A stretch of DNA of 40,273 nucleotides from an uncultured Candidatus Saccharibacteria bacterium (GCA_964618905.1 CAZUDK010000001.1:158614-198886); one strand, 5' to 3'; numbered from the stretch's first letter, positions 1 through 8,124 are shown. Notes: generated from the sequence alone by a model not told the origin. Program-made: numbers and translations.

Positions 1-129
1 CTCTCTCGACACCGGCGGGTCCACTGGATCCGTAGGGTCCAGTGGCTTAGCGGAGTCGCAAGCCGAGGTGATGAACATAAGCGTCATCACCGCCACGACC
101 CTAAGGCTGGAACGAATCTGAGCGCTCAT
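1..129 (-). CDS. Putative lipoprotein, N-terminal part (runs off window)
   Basis: Manual translation MSAQIRSSLRVVAVMTLMFITSAC-DSAKPLDPTDPVDPPVSRE; hydrophobic stretch plus lipobox-like TSAC; SD AGGAGGG upstream; TTGACT-N18-TATAAT at 228..199. Confidence 0.65.
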   Translation of the reverse strand, partial: MSAQIRSSLRVVAVMTLMFITSACDSAKPLDPTDPVDPPVSRE

Positions 130-267
130 GTTTCCCTCCTGAGGTTGATGAGCTATACGATAAGAAATCGATGAAATCTATGTAAAAGAACTATGGCAAT
201 TATACCCACAAATGACCAGAAAAGTCAAGTACTCCCCTTGCCACTTATCCACACATTTCCATACATA

Positions 268-290
268 AAAGACGTCCCACCGACGTCTTT
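268..290. repeat. 9-bp inverted repeat between divergent genes
   Basis: AAAGACGTC-ccacc-GACGTCTTT. Confidence 0.5.
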
Positions 291-316
291 CTAACAATTT
301 CCTTACAAAAGAGTTA

Positions 317-1159
317 GTGTTTAAAATGAAATTATTGTATTGTATTAATGAAATTAATACTCAAATGAAACCCTCTATAAATATACAATTATTCCTAGTA
401 AACGATTTAGCTATTCACCTCTACAGTCCAAAAGAAGCTGTCAAAAATGATCATCTTGATATAAAAAACGCCATCTTATATGTACCAGGTCTTCCTCAAA
501 TAACAGACAAGCGCTTCTTTCAGAAAATCATCGATAGTGAAAACGCTTTTTTTTATGTCTATTATTATGGAAGCTGGCTTAGTGGGAAAAAATTCACTCC
601 AGAGAATTGCAGAAAAAGTGTAACTGATGCCTTAAAGATAATCGGCTCTGGTTCGGCTATAAAAAGTTTTGATGGGGAAAAATTCTCATGGAATTTTGAT
701 GAGCTTTCGATACTTGGATGTAGTTTTGCAGGTAATCCTGTCTTATCTTCTGGCATAAATGACAGATCAGTAAAAAAGATAGAACTATATGCACCTCTGA
801 TCTTTGTGAATAAAGAGGAACGTGAAAATTTTATGACCAAAGAGGAGAGTGGTGAATTTGATTCATATAATGAATCATTTCTTTATTTCATGAGACATGG
901 TTATGTTAATACATTAAAAGGCATTGACGACCATAAATGGGACGAGTATTTCAAAGGGAATGATGCGGAATCAAAAATTGTAATTGATGAAAATTCTCCA
1001 GAAATAATGATACATCACGGACTTGAAGATAGAACAGTCACTCCAAAATCAACAGAATATTTTCAATCCATACATCCCGATAAAACAGAGGTTGAGTTTA
1101 TTCCAGAATATGGACATGACTTTACTGCATTGTATAAACATATAAACGGAATTGAATGA
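317..1159 (+). CDS. Alpha/beta-hydrolase fold protein (true start may be ATG 365)
   Basis: YVPGLP oxyanion-type segment, nucleophile elbow LGCSFAG, HGLEDRTV (Asp) and GHDF (His) in triad order. Confidence 0.75.
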   Translation: MFKMKLLYCINEINTQMKPSINIQLFLVNDLAIHLYSPKEAVKNDHLDIKNAILYVPGLPQITDKRFFQKIIDSENAFFYVYYYGSWLSGKKFTPENCRKSVTDALKIIGSGSAIKSFDGEKFSWNFDELSILGCSFAGNPVLSSGINDRSVKKIELYAPLIFVNKEERENFMTKEESGEFDSYNESFLYFMRHGYVNTLKGIDDHKWDEYFKGNDAESKIVIDENSPEIMIHHGLEDRTVTPKSTEYFQSIHPDKTEVEFIPEYGHDFTALYKHINGIE

Positions 1160-2205
1160 GCAGAGACAAAATAAAAGTTGCAATTGCTGGAATAGGAAAC
1201 TGCGCAGGCAGTTTAATAGAAGGGCTGAACTATTATAGAGAAACCGGGGATAATAAAGGCTTACTTTTCCCAATTCTTGGCGGATACTCAATTTCGGATA
1301 TAGATATAAAATGCGGTTTTGATATCGCTAAAGGAAAAGCAGGTAGAACTTTATCAGAAGCTATTTATAGTGAGCCCAATAATTTTTTCAAAATACCAGG
1401 GTTAAAAAATATCGAAGAAACAGGACCTGTATATAGAGCTCCTACACTTGATGGAAATCCTGAACATCTAAAATACTTTGTAACAGAAGACCCGAGTACT
1501 CCAGTAAATGTAGTGGGTGAGCTTAAAAAACATGAAATTGATGTTCTTGTGAACCTTCTACCGACAGGATCTAGTGAGGCAACAAATTTTTATGGAAATG
1601 CAGCACTTGAAGCAAACTGCGCATTCATAAACTGTATTCCAACTGAATATGCACAACATCCTGAAAATGCTCATAAATTTGAACGTAAAAAACTTCCCCT
1701 TGTCGGGGATGACATAAAAAGCCAAGTGGGTTCCACGATAATCCATAGGTCTATACTCAACATGCTTATAAATAGAGGGGCAGAAATCACTAAATCTTCC
1801 CAAATAAACATAGGCGGCAACACAGATTTTGCTAATTTTGTACACCGTGCTCATACAAAGCTCGTATCAAAATACAAATCTTTGTCTATTTTTATAGATA
1901 AAGATATTCCAAATCATATAGGGCATCACTACGACCCGACAAAAGGACCTTTCAAAAAAACTTTGTTTGATATTGAAGCAAGTGTCTTCGGAAAATCAAA
2001 GGTAAAAATTTCCATACAACTAGAAAGCGATGACAAACCAAATAGTTCGGGTTCTATCATCGACCTAATCCGCATTACAAAACATGAAAAAGATAATCAT
2101 AGAGGAGGTGTAATATATGATGCTTGCGCTTACTATACCAAATCAGCACCACATCAAATGAAAGATGAAGAATCTTTCGAAAAGGTAAAGAAAAATTGGG
2201 GTTAA
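1156..2205 (+). CDS. ino1: myo-inositol-1-phosphate synthase
   Basis: GIGNCA NAD-binding loop, LVNLLPTGS, FINCIP, GDDIKSQVG, NIGGNTDF, PNSSG, terminal KS; ATGA overlap with upstream gene. Confidence 0.9.
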   Translation: MSRDKIKVAIAGIGNCAGSLIEGLNYYRETGDNKGLLFPILGGYSISDIDIKCGFDIAKGKAGRTLSEAIYSEPNNFFKIPGLKNIEETGPVYRAPTLDGNPEHLKYFVTEDPSTPVNVVGELKKHEIDVLVNLLPTGSSEATNFYGNAALEANCAFINCIPTEYAQHPENAHKFERKKLPLVGDDIKSQVGSTIIHRSILNMLINRGAEITKSSQINIGGNTDFANFVHRAHTKLVSKYKSLSIFIDKDIPNHIGHHYDPTKGPFKKTLFDIEASVFGKSKVKISIQLESDDKPNSSGSIIDLIRITKHEKDNHRGGVIYDACAYYTKSAPHQMKDEESFEKVKKNWG

Positions 2206-3023
2206 TACAATTCATAGTGGACGATTTAATAAAAAAGATAGTATCCACAGATACATTAATAACCATCGACAGTATTTATAAGTTTTCAAAAAAATTAGGC
2301 AAAGAGATTGAAGAAATAATATCTGAATGTAATCAAGTCTTCGGTACGAAATTTTCAATATTCCTGTCTGGTTCTTTAGCGTTCTGTATCCGATCAGAAA
2401 CTTTGAATGATTTCAGGTTTGGTGGAAGCGACTCAAGCGATATAGACATATGGATAATATTAGAAAGTAATAAAGACCTTAATCCCTCATCCGCTAGCAT
2501 TTATGGAAAAGAACTATTAAAAGCAGCTAGTTTAATTAGTGACCATGAGATGGTATCAGTTAAACAGGAGACTGAATTGCCATTTAGTATAAAAATAATG
2601 GAGAGGAAATCCATACAGAAAATCTTTTCTTTTGCAAAATTTTCATTGTCAGTATTAAGAACCACTTCTCTCTTAGACAGGAAGCAATACAATTTATTTA
2701 GTGGTTTCCGCTCGGAATATAAAACACCAATCAGAGAAAGGCCTTACAAAAAATATTATATATGGGAATGGGATGGAAATCCTTATCCAAACAACGATTT
2801 TATTCTTACTGATTTGCATAGTTTTATTTTATTTGGAGGCTTTCTGCATGACGAGATTGGTTTGAAAAATGAACGAGATAAATTTATAAAAATTTGGTGT
2901 AAAAATGCCAAAAAAATGCAACATGGTTTGCCAGCAGAAAATTTGTTCAAGTATTTTATGTATAAATTCCCGACTTCATATTTTGAGATAATAAAGAACA
3001 AAATCAAAGAGGACACTTGCTAA
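2196..3023 (+). CDS. Pol-beta superfamily nucleotidyltransferase-like protein
   Basis: FLSGSLA...SDIDIW (hGS...DxD) signature; start overlaps the end of ino1. Confidence 0.6.
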   Translation: MGLIQFIVDDLIKKIVSTDTLITIDSIYKFSKKLGKEIEEIISECNQVFGTKFSIFLSGSLAFCIRSETLNDFRFGGSDSSDIDIWIILESNKDLNPSSASIYGKELLKAASLISDHEMVSVKQETELPFSIKIMERKSIQKIFSFAKFSLSVLRTTSLLDRKQYNLFSGFRSEYKTPIRERPYKKYYIWEWDGNPYPNNDFILTDLHSFILFGGFLHDEIGLKNERDKFIKIWCKNAKKMQHGLPAENLFKYFMYKFPTSYFEIIKNKIKEDTC

Positions 3024-3661
3024 GTGTCCTCTTGTTTTGATTTAAGAGCATTGAGTCTATATGTAAAGTCTCTTACATGATCTTCTCCCTCAAATTTTGG
3101 AGTGATAACCACCGGAAGAGGATGACTGATGGCCAACCTGTATAAAGAAGCCATACCCTCGCTAAAACTTCCCATAACGATTACATCAGCGTAATTCCTT
3201 GCACAATTAAGAACAGCTAGTTCCATGACTACATGCATCATTTCTTGGAAAGTTTGACTCGAGAAATTTTCTCTCTTTTCTATAGGAAATACGCGTCGAA
3301 CATCCTGAAGTTTAAGATTTCTACCGATTGTTCTGAGAATTTCCAAAGTCGACGGCAAAAAACGGCTGCTAAATTCTACAGAACATCCTAGCTGAGTAAA
3401 GAAAGTGGAGTACAATTCATTTACCTCATTCTGCTCGTCCAGAGAACGACCTGTAAAAACCATTGTCCATGCATCATCCACCAACACGACTAGAGGATAC
3501 CTGCTTAACACTTCAGCAAGCCTTGCAAAAGCTGAGAACAACGGCTTAGGCTTACTTCGAGCCCAAATCGGCAAAGCGAGCGTAGGGTTAAGAGAAATCT
3601 TTCCATAAATCTTTTCTAAGATACCTTCTCTAACCAACTGCTCAGGAGACAGAATAGCCAC
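3020..3661 (-). CDS. Degenerate class Ic (TyrRS/TrpRS-like) Rossmann-fold protein, 213 aa
   Basis: GTG start after AAGGAGGT; segments LVVLVDD, FTQLGCSVEFSSRF, EMMHVVMELAVL, ADVIVMG, PVVITPKF parallel archaeal-type TyrRS catalytic domain; no HIGH/KMSKS. Confidence 0.55.
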   Translation of the reverse strand: MAILSPEQLVREGILEKIYGKISLNPTLALPIWARSKPKPLFSAFARLAEVLSRYPLVVLVDDAWTMVFTGRSLDEQNEVNELYSTFFTQLGCSVEFSSRFLPSTLEILRTIGRNLKLQDVRRVFPIEKRENFSSQTFQEMMHVVMELAVLNCARNYADVIVMGSFSEGMASLYRLAISHPLPVVITPKFEGEDHVRDFTYRLNALKSKQEDT

Positions 3662-3686
3662 AATACCTCCTTTTGAAAGACCAATT

Positions 3687-3812
3687 TTAATTAATGATGC
3701 TATCCTCCGCCGGTCCCGAAGGTCCCGACGAACCACTGCATCCGGCAAAGAGAAAGCCTGCCAGAGCACTGAGCACAACTACCAGCACGAGCTGAAGTCT
3801 CTTGGTCTTCAC
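3687..3812 (-). CDS. 41-aa lipoprotein/lipopeptide (not in ORF track)
   Basis: AGGAGG-ttctc-GTG; MKTKRLQLVLVVVLSALAGFLFAG-CSGSSGPSGPAEDSIIN*; basic n-region, h-region, lipobox FAGC. Confidence 0.75.
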   Translation of the reverse strand: MKTKRLQLVLVVVLSALAGFLFAGCSGSSGPSGPAEDSIIN

Positions 3813-3881
3813 GAGAACCTCCTAGTGTGATAGGTATACGGCGAGAAACAAACATGGAGCAACTAATGTTTCCAAGAAATT

Positions 3882-3909
3882 TTTATCACACTTTTGCTGG
3901 GTTGTACAG
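3882..3909 (-). promoter_or_regulatory. Promoter-like element, copy 1
   Basis: Minus strand CTGTACA-N5-GCAAAAGTGTGATAAA, identical at 23 fixed positions to 6700..6727. Confidence 0.65.
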
Positions 3910-3914
3910 TGTGC

Positions 3915-4370
3915 CTAATACAGCAAGAAGCCTATAACCAAGAGCACAATCACGGCCACAGCTCCCCATACCATCTTCATGTTCATGCTTGAAGATGTGA
4001 AAGAAGTGCCTGCACCAGCGGCAGCTTGCGCTTGAGAAGCGTTATCATCAGAGAGCGAGGTGGAAGAAACACCTTGAGTAAGAGCGGAAGCTAGGTTGGG
4101 AGTTTGAGTTGAAGGGTTTTCCGGAGCTGAAACTGGGTCAGGAGTCGGAGTCTGGACTGGAGACGGGTTTGGATTTGAAGTTGGAGGCATAGTCGGTGCA
4201 GGAGTTGGGGTTTCTATAGGATCCGGCTTCAAGTCTGGAATCGGAGCAGGTGTTGGGGTTGGGGTTGGAATAGGGGCCGGAGTTGGGGTTGGCTCAGGCG
4301 CAGGGGTTGGATTTAAATCAGGGTTAGTATTAGGAACTGGAGGAATATTCTCAGGTTGTGTTTGATCCAT
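3915..4370 (-). CDS. Pro/Thr-rich protein with C-terminal membrane anchor
   Basis: PTPAP/PTPTP low-complexity repeats; C-terminal VWGAVAVIVLLVIGFLLY. Confidence 0.75.
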   Translation of the reverse strand: MDQTQPENIPPVPNTNPDLNPTPAPEPTPTPAPIPTPTPTPAPIPDLKPDPIETPTPAPTMPPTSNPNPSPVQTPTPDPVSAPENPSTQTPNLASALTQGVSSTSLSDDNASQAQAAAGAGTSFTSSSMNMKMVWGAVAVIVLLVIGFLLY

Positions 4371-4453
4371 TTTTGTATCTTTAGCTATTTATAAGTTCAT
4401 AATACCACGCACTCCCCTCACTTATGTCAAATAAATCAAGAATTGTTGATAAC

Positions 4454-5200
4454 CTACATGCTAGTCAGTTCCTTTAATGAATCCCTCAGAATAGAAAGGT
4501 GTCCTTTTCCATAAACAATGAATATGCTTTTTTTATCCTTCCAATTCTCAACTATGACCGACTTTATATGATTGTTCCTCATTTCCGTCCCGTTAGATAT
4601 AATGGCATTAATTATCGTGTCATCTTTGCGAGGGTCAGAGATAGAATTAAGAAACTTCTCGTCTTCTAGTGACTGTTGGTCAAATAACTCATTATGTTTA
4701 TCATGTAACCAGTTAGAGTCTGGAATAAACTCGTAAATGCCTGTAAATTCAGCTTCCCTCTTTATGGAACGCTCCACAGCTTGAGAGAAAGTTGAGTCGC
4801 GCACATGCCGAAACCATGCTCCCAGATTCTGCACAATCAAAGCGTACGCTACAAGTTGAGGGTCAAATAAGGAGCATAGAAATTTTCGTTGCTCGCTACT
4901 AGATGGCTCTGCACATACCACAGGGATACTTGCTTTATTTGCTAACCAGAAGATAGCACCGGACTCTCCATATTTCTTTATGGCTTCTTCATAATTATCT
5001 GGAACATCACGCACATTTCCTTCAATGATAGCTACCCGCTCCTCACTACTGTTATTTAGAAATTCATCCCAGAATTTTTTTAAGCGACCAAACTGCACAT
5101 CATTATTGTTATTGGTATGGCGAGCACCAAAAAAATAAAGGACTTGGTGGTTTGAATTAGGACCAATTTTCAATATGGGGTTATCTTCTAGTCCATGCAT
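4454..5200 (-). CDS. TraB/GumN (Tiki-like) superfamily-like protein, 248 aa
   Basis: YFFGARH, IIEG, GE, MRN, IFIVYGKGHL motifs; start reassigned to ATG 5200, downstream of the terminator at 5221..5255. Confidence 0.55.
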   Translation of the reverse strand: MHGLEDNPILKIGPNSNHQVLYFFGARHTNNNNDVQFGRLKKFWDEFLNNSSEERVAIIEGNVRDVPDNYEEAIKKYGESGAIFWLANKASIPVVCAEPSSSEQRKFLCSLFDPQLVAYALIVQNLGAWFRHVRDSTFSQAVERSIKREAEFTGIYEFIPDSNWLHDKHNELFDQQSLEDEKFLNSISDPRKDDTIINAIISNGTEMRNNHIKSVIVENWKDKKSIFIVYGKGHLSILRDSLKELTSM

Positions 5201-5220
5201 AAGCACGCTGATATTAGCAT

Positions 5221-5255
5221 TAAAAATCGGGTAGCGCATGATTGCGCTACCCGAT
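5221..5255 (-). terminator. Intrinsic terminator ending the rSAM-peptide operon
   Basis: Perfect 13-bp stem ATCGGGTAGCGCA/TGCGCTACCCGAT, 4-nt loop, T-run on minus strand. Confidence 0.85.
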
Positions 5256-5270
5256 CCAGCAGACTCCGTC

Positions 5271-5471
5271 CTACTCGTCGCGTGAGTCCGAGTAGTCCTG
5301 GTAGTCGTCGTAGGGGCTGTCCACATAGACAGAGTCGCTGTAGTCATCGTAGCCATCCACGCGACCACGCCACTCACCCCGCACCTCCCTCGTTGGAGGA
5401 GGAAGGGTGTCCACCCTGTCGAAGGCTGCCTCCAGGGCTATCCCACCCTTGGGTACCTCCACTTCTTGCAT
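5271..5471 (-). CDS. Putative RiPP precursor peptide with six Y-x-D motifs
   Basis: Starts 3 nt after rSAM stop with SD AAGGAG; C-terminal YDD-YSD-SV-YVD-SP-YDD-YQD-YSD-SRDE. Confidence 0.8.
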   Translation of the reverse strand: MQEVEVPKGGIALEAAFDRVDTLPPPTREVRGEWRGRVDGYDDYSDSVYVDSPYDDYQDYSDSRDE

Positions 5472-5474
5472 GAC

Positions 5475-6614
5475 CTACTCCTTTCCTTTGAAAGTGAGTG
5501 TGGCTAGGCTGCCGGGAACACCCGGCGAAAACGTAGTCGGAGTCGCCACACTGTTCATTACTCCGATACGTTCAGAAAGATAACCATAGAACGCCAAGCG
5601 ACTGCCACAATATGCATAGTGAGGCGATGTATCACCATCGTTTATCCGATGGGCAACACATCCATTGTGGCAGAAATTTTTCATTGAACAGACCTCGCAC
5701 TTACTTGGCACCCACAAGGTCTGAGAGGTAAAAGCCTGATGTTCGTGAGATTCAAGAACTTCAGCAAAAGATGAGACAGACACTACATTGCCGAAACATG
5801 CTGATCTGCCCAGTCTTTCACACGGATAAATCATTCCGTCATGGTCAACCAGCATCCAACTACTGCATGACCCTCGGAAAGTACACGACCGATCCGTCCG
5901 ACCACGAGTCCATGCAATCATGCTGTCCAGCTCTCGCACCTTCACATCCGGTCTATCAAGCTGGACCCACTCCTCAAAAATATCTTTAAGAAATTGGGTC
6001 CACGCCTCATCGCTGACAGCGAACGGATCTTGGCGTAAATCGCTCGCTACGTTGTAGAACGCATTGAATGCTATGCTAGTGAACCCTGACTCTACCAACC
6101 CTCTGAGCATCTCCGCCCCCAAGTGGGCATTCCGCTTCGTCACAACACATATGACCGGCGGGAAAATGCCTGCTTCTCTTAAGGTCAAAACCCCTCTGAT
6201 GGCCTTCGCATAGGTACCACGGCCAGAGAGATTTATACGGTCAGCATCGTGGGTCTGAGAGGTCCCATCGATGCTTACACCAACCTTGAAACCACACTGG
6301 CTGAAAAAATCTGCCCACTCTCTGTCTATGAGAGTGGCGTTTGTTTGAATGGTATTGGTCCACTTTTTTCCTGGATGATCTCCTTGAAGTCGGATGACCT
6401 CCTTGAAGAAATCGAGTCCAGCAAGCGTGGGTTCACCACCCAACCAATGTATGCGCTGAGAGCTTTGTGGTAAGCAGGCAAGCGAACTTATGAGTGAACG
6501 CAGTGTTTCTTGCGACATTACCCTCTTGCCACCCTGGTCGAAATCTCTATCGCGGCAATAGGTGCATCGGAGATTGCAGAAATCCCCAACAATCTTCGCT
6601 TGAATAGCGGGCAT
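5475..6614 (-). CDS. Radical SAM/SPASM peptide maturase (anSME-like)
   Basis: CNLRCTYC, GGEP, IQTNA, SIDG; SPASM cysteines CTFRGSC...YPC...CEVC...CHNGC...YC; SD GGAGG. Confidence 0.92.
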   Translation of the reverse strand: MPAIQAKIVGDFCNLRCTYCRDRDFDQGGKRVMSQETLRSLISSLACLPQSSQRIHWLGGEPTLAGLDFFKEVIRLQGDHPGKKWTNTIQTNATLIDREWADFFSQCGFKVGVSIDGTSQTHDADRINLSGRGTYAKAIRGVLTLREAGIFPPVICVVTKRNAHLGAEMLRGLVESGFTSIAFNAFYNVASDLRQDPFAVSDEAWTQFLKDIFEEWVQLDRPDVKVRELDSMIAWTRGRTDRSCTFRGSCSSWMLVDHDGMIYPCERLGRSACFGNVVSVSSFAEVLESHEHQAFTSQTLWVPSKCEVCSMKNFCHNGCVAHRINDGDTSPHYAYCGSRLAFYGYLSERIGVMNSVATPTTFSPGVPGSLATLTFKGKE

Positions 6615-6699
6615 TTCTGCCTCCGTTAGTCAAAGAACCCCTCGCTATCCTCTCAAGCCTAGGTGCCTGAGTTCGAGCGAATTCGTTTTCTGTCCCCAC

Positions 6700-6727
6700 T
6701 TTATCACACTTTTGCGAAGATGTACAG
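6700..6727 (-). promoter_or_regulatory. Promoter-like element, copy 2
   Basis: TGTACA-N17-TAAAGT with extended -10 TGn; matches 3882..3909. Confidence 0.7.
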
Positions 6728-6761
6728 CCATATATTTAAATCAAACATGTAGAATAAAGTA

Positions 6762-7559
6762 ATGACCACTATTATCTCCTGGAACGTCAACGGCATACGA
6801 GCAGTACATAAAAAAGGCTTATTTGTGCCTTTTATAGAAAAATACAAGCCTGACATCCTACTTTTGCAAGAAACTAAAGCTGCAGAGCACCAATCCGAAG
6901 TAGATTTGCCGGATTATGAGGAATACTGGAACTCAGCAGAAAGAAAAGGATACAGTGGTACAGCCATATTCACCAAAGAGAAGCCCATCAAAATCATAAA
7001 TGGTCTACCAGAGAATATTTGCAAAAAATATGGATTAAACACTGATGATTATGGTGATCCAACTACCGAAGGAAGGGTTATAGCCGCAGAATATAAAGAT
7101 TTTTACGTAGTAAGCGTATACACTCCAAACGCCAAGGATAACCTGGGTCGCCTGACCTTGCGGCACAAGCATTGGGATCCGGCCTTTTTGTTCTACATGA
7201 AACAGCTAGAAAAAGAAAAACCCGTTATATTTGGCGGAGATCTGAATGTCGCTCACACTCCAGACGATTTGGCTAATCCCAAGCAAAATGAAGGTAAAAA
7301 GGGTTTTACAGAAGAAGAGAGAGAAGGCATAGATAAGATAATCAAATCTGGCTTTGTAGACACTTTCCGCATGTTCACTAAAGGCAATGGACACTATAGC
7401 TGGTGGAGTCACTTTGCAAATTCCAGAGCCAGGAATGTAGGTTGGAGAATAGATTATATTTTTGTCTCCCCTACCCTGAAATCTAAAGTAAAGAGTGCCA
7501 AAATATTAGCAGAGGTAATGGGTTCAGATCACTGCCCTGTTGAGATTGAGCTAAAATAG
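6762..7559 (+). CDS. xth: Exodeoxyribonuclease III / AP endonuclease
   Basis: SWNVNG, LQETK, GYSG, GDLNVAH, GWRIDY, GSDHCP. Confidence 0.97.
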   Translation: MTTIISWNVNGIRAVHKKGLFVPFIEKYKPDILLLQETKAAEHQSEVDLPDYEEYWNSAERKGYSGTAIFTKEKPIKIINGLPENICKKYGLNTDDYGDPTTEGRVIAAEYKDFYVVSVYTPNAKDNLGRLTLRHKHWDPAFLFYMKQLEKEKPVIFGGDLNVAHTPDDLANPKQNEGKKGFTEEEREGIDKIIKSGFVDTFRMFTKGNGHYSWWSHFANSRARNVGWRIDYIFVSPTLKSKVKSAKILAEVMGSDHCPVEIELK

Positions 7560-7577
7560 GGCTTAACATAGAGCTAA

Positions 7578-7641
7578 AAATAAAGGACAAAAAATAATTT
7601 AGGTTATCCACAGATTTTAATAGTAAATTTGTCCTTTATTT
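7578..7641. promoter_or_regulatory. DnaA box enclosed by a 14-bp inverted repeat
   Basis: AAATAAAGGACAAA (7578-7591) / TTTGTCCTTTATTT (7628-7641); TTATCCACA at 7604-7612. Confidence 0.6.
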
Positions 7642-7927
7642 ATTATACTTCTAGCAGACGCTTGAAGGACGTCTTTCAACTCTCCCACTAGAAAGTCGTA
7701 CTCTCAGGCATAAGTTCGCGTGGTAAATAAGGGAACAGGCCAGCTGCCCGAGTATTAATTCAGGCAGGTTCCTGACCGGAAGACATTCTGGTTTCAGGCT
7801 TTGGGCAAGGATAATCAGGTCCCCAATCTTCATTTTTTTGACCTCTCGTGTCCACAAGTGCCCTCGTCTAGTTCTCTGGAATGTTCTTTCAGAACAATCG
7901 CTTCCCTGCCCTCCGGGCGGAGCAAGC

Positions 7928-7958
7928 AACCGCCTCAATCGCCTTGGGGCGGTTTTTT
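7928..7958 (+). terminator. Intrinsic terminator
   Basis: AACCGCCTCAA-tcgcc-TTGGGGCGGTT followed by T-run. Confidence 0.7.
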
Positions 7959-8094
7959 ATTGGAAAATTAAGAGGACAAGGGCTTATTGTAAGGTTTTTG
8001 TCTTTCATTCGTTTATTTAAAAACACATACCCCCTAAAACCCCTGCTATAAAATCCTTTGGTGTAGCCCTGAATACACAATAAATTGTACAAAC

Positions 8095-8124
8095 TGTGGA
8101 TAATTGTGTGGAAAGTGTGCATAA
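8095..8124. promoter_or_regulatory. Three tandem DnaA-box-like 9-mers
   Basis: TGTGGATAA (8095), TGTGGAAAG (8107), TGTGCATAA (8116). Confidence 0.65.

Noticed and set aside
3662-3778. N-terminal extension of ORF 3020..3778
   Set aside because: Overlaps the lipopeptide ORF in another frame; an SD-led GTG at 3661 is better supported.
4120-4340. Repetitive GGAGTTGGGGTT-like DNA as a repeat array or CRISPR
   Set aside because: Explained by Pro-Thr codons; no constant repeat with unique spacers. No CRISPR array or cas gene was seen in the window.
5247-5273. Possible TAG readthrough adding DGVCWIG to the precursor, or an alternative genetic code
   Set aside because: Core genes end normally at TAA and TAG, other ORFs end at TGA, no internal stops are seen, and the extension runs into the terminator stem.
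5201-5377. Thr-rich N-terminal extension of ORF 4454..5377
   Set aside because: It is an alternative frame of the YxD peptide gene and crosses a strong terminator; ATG 5200 is the better start.
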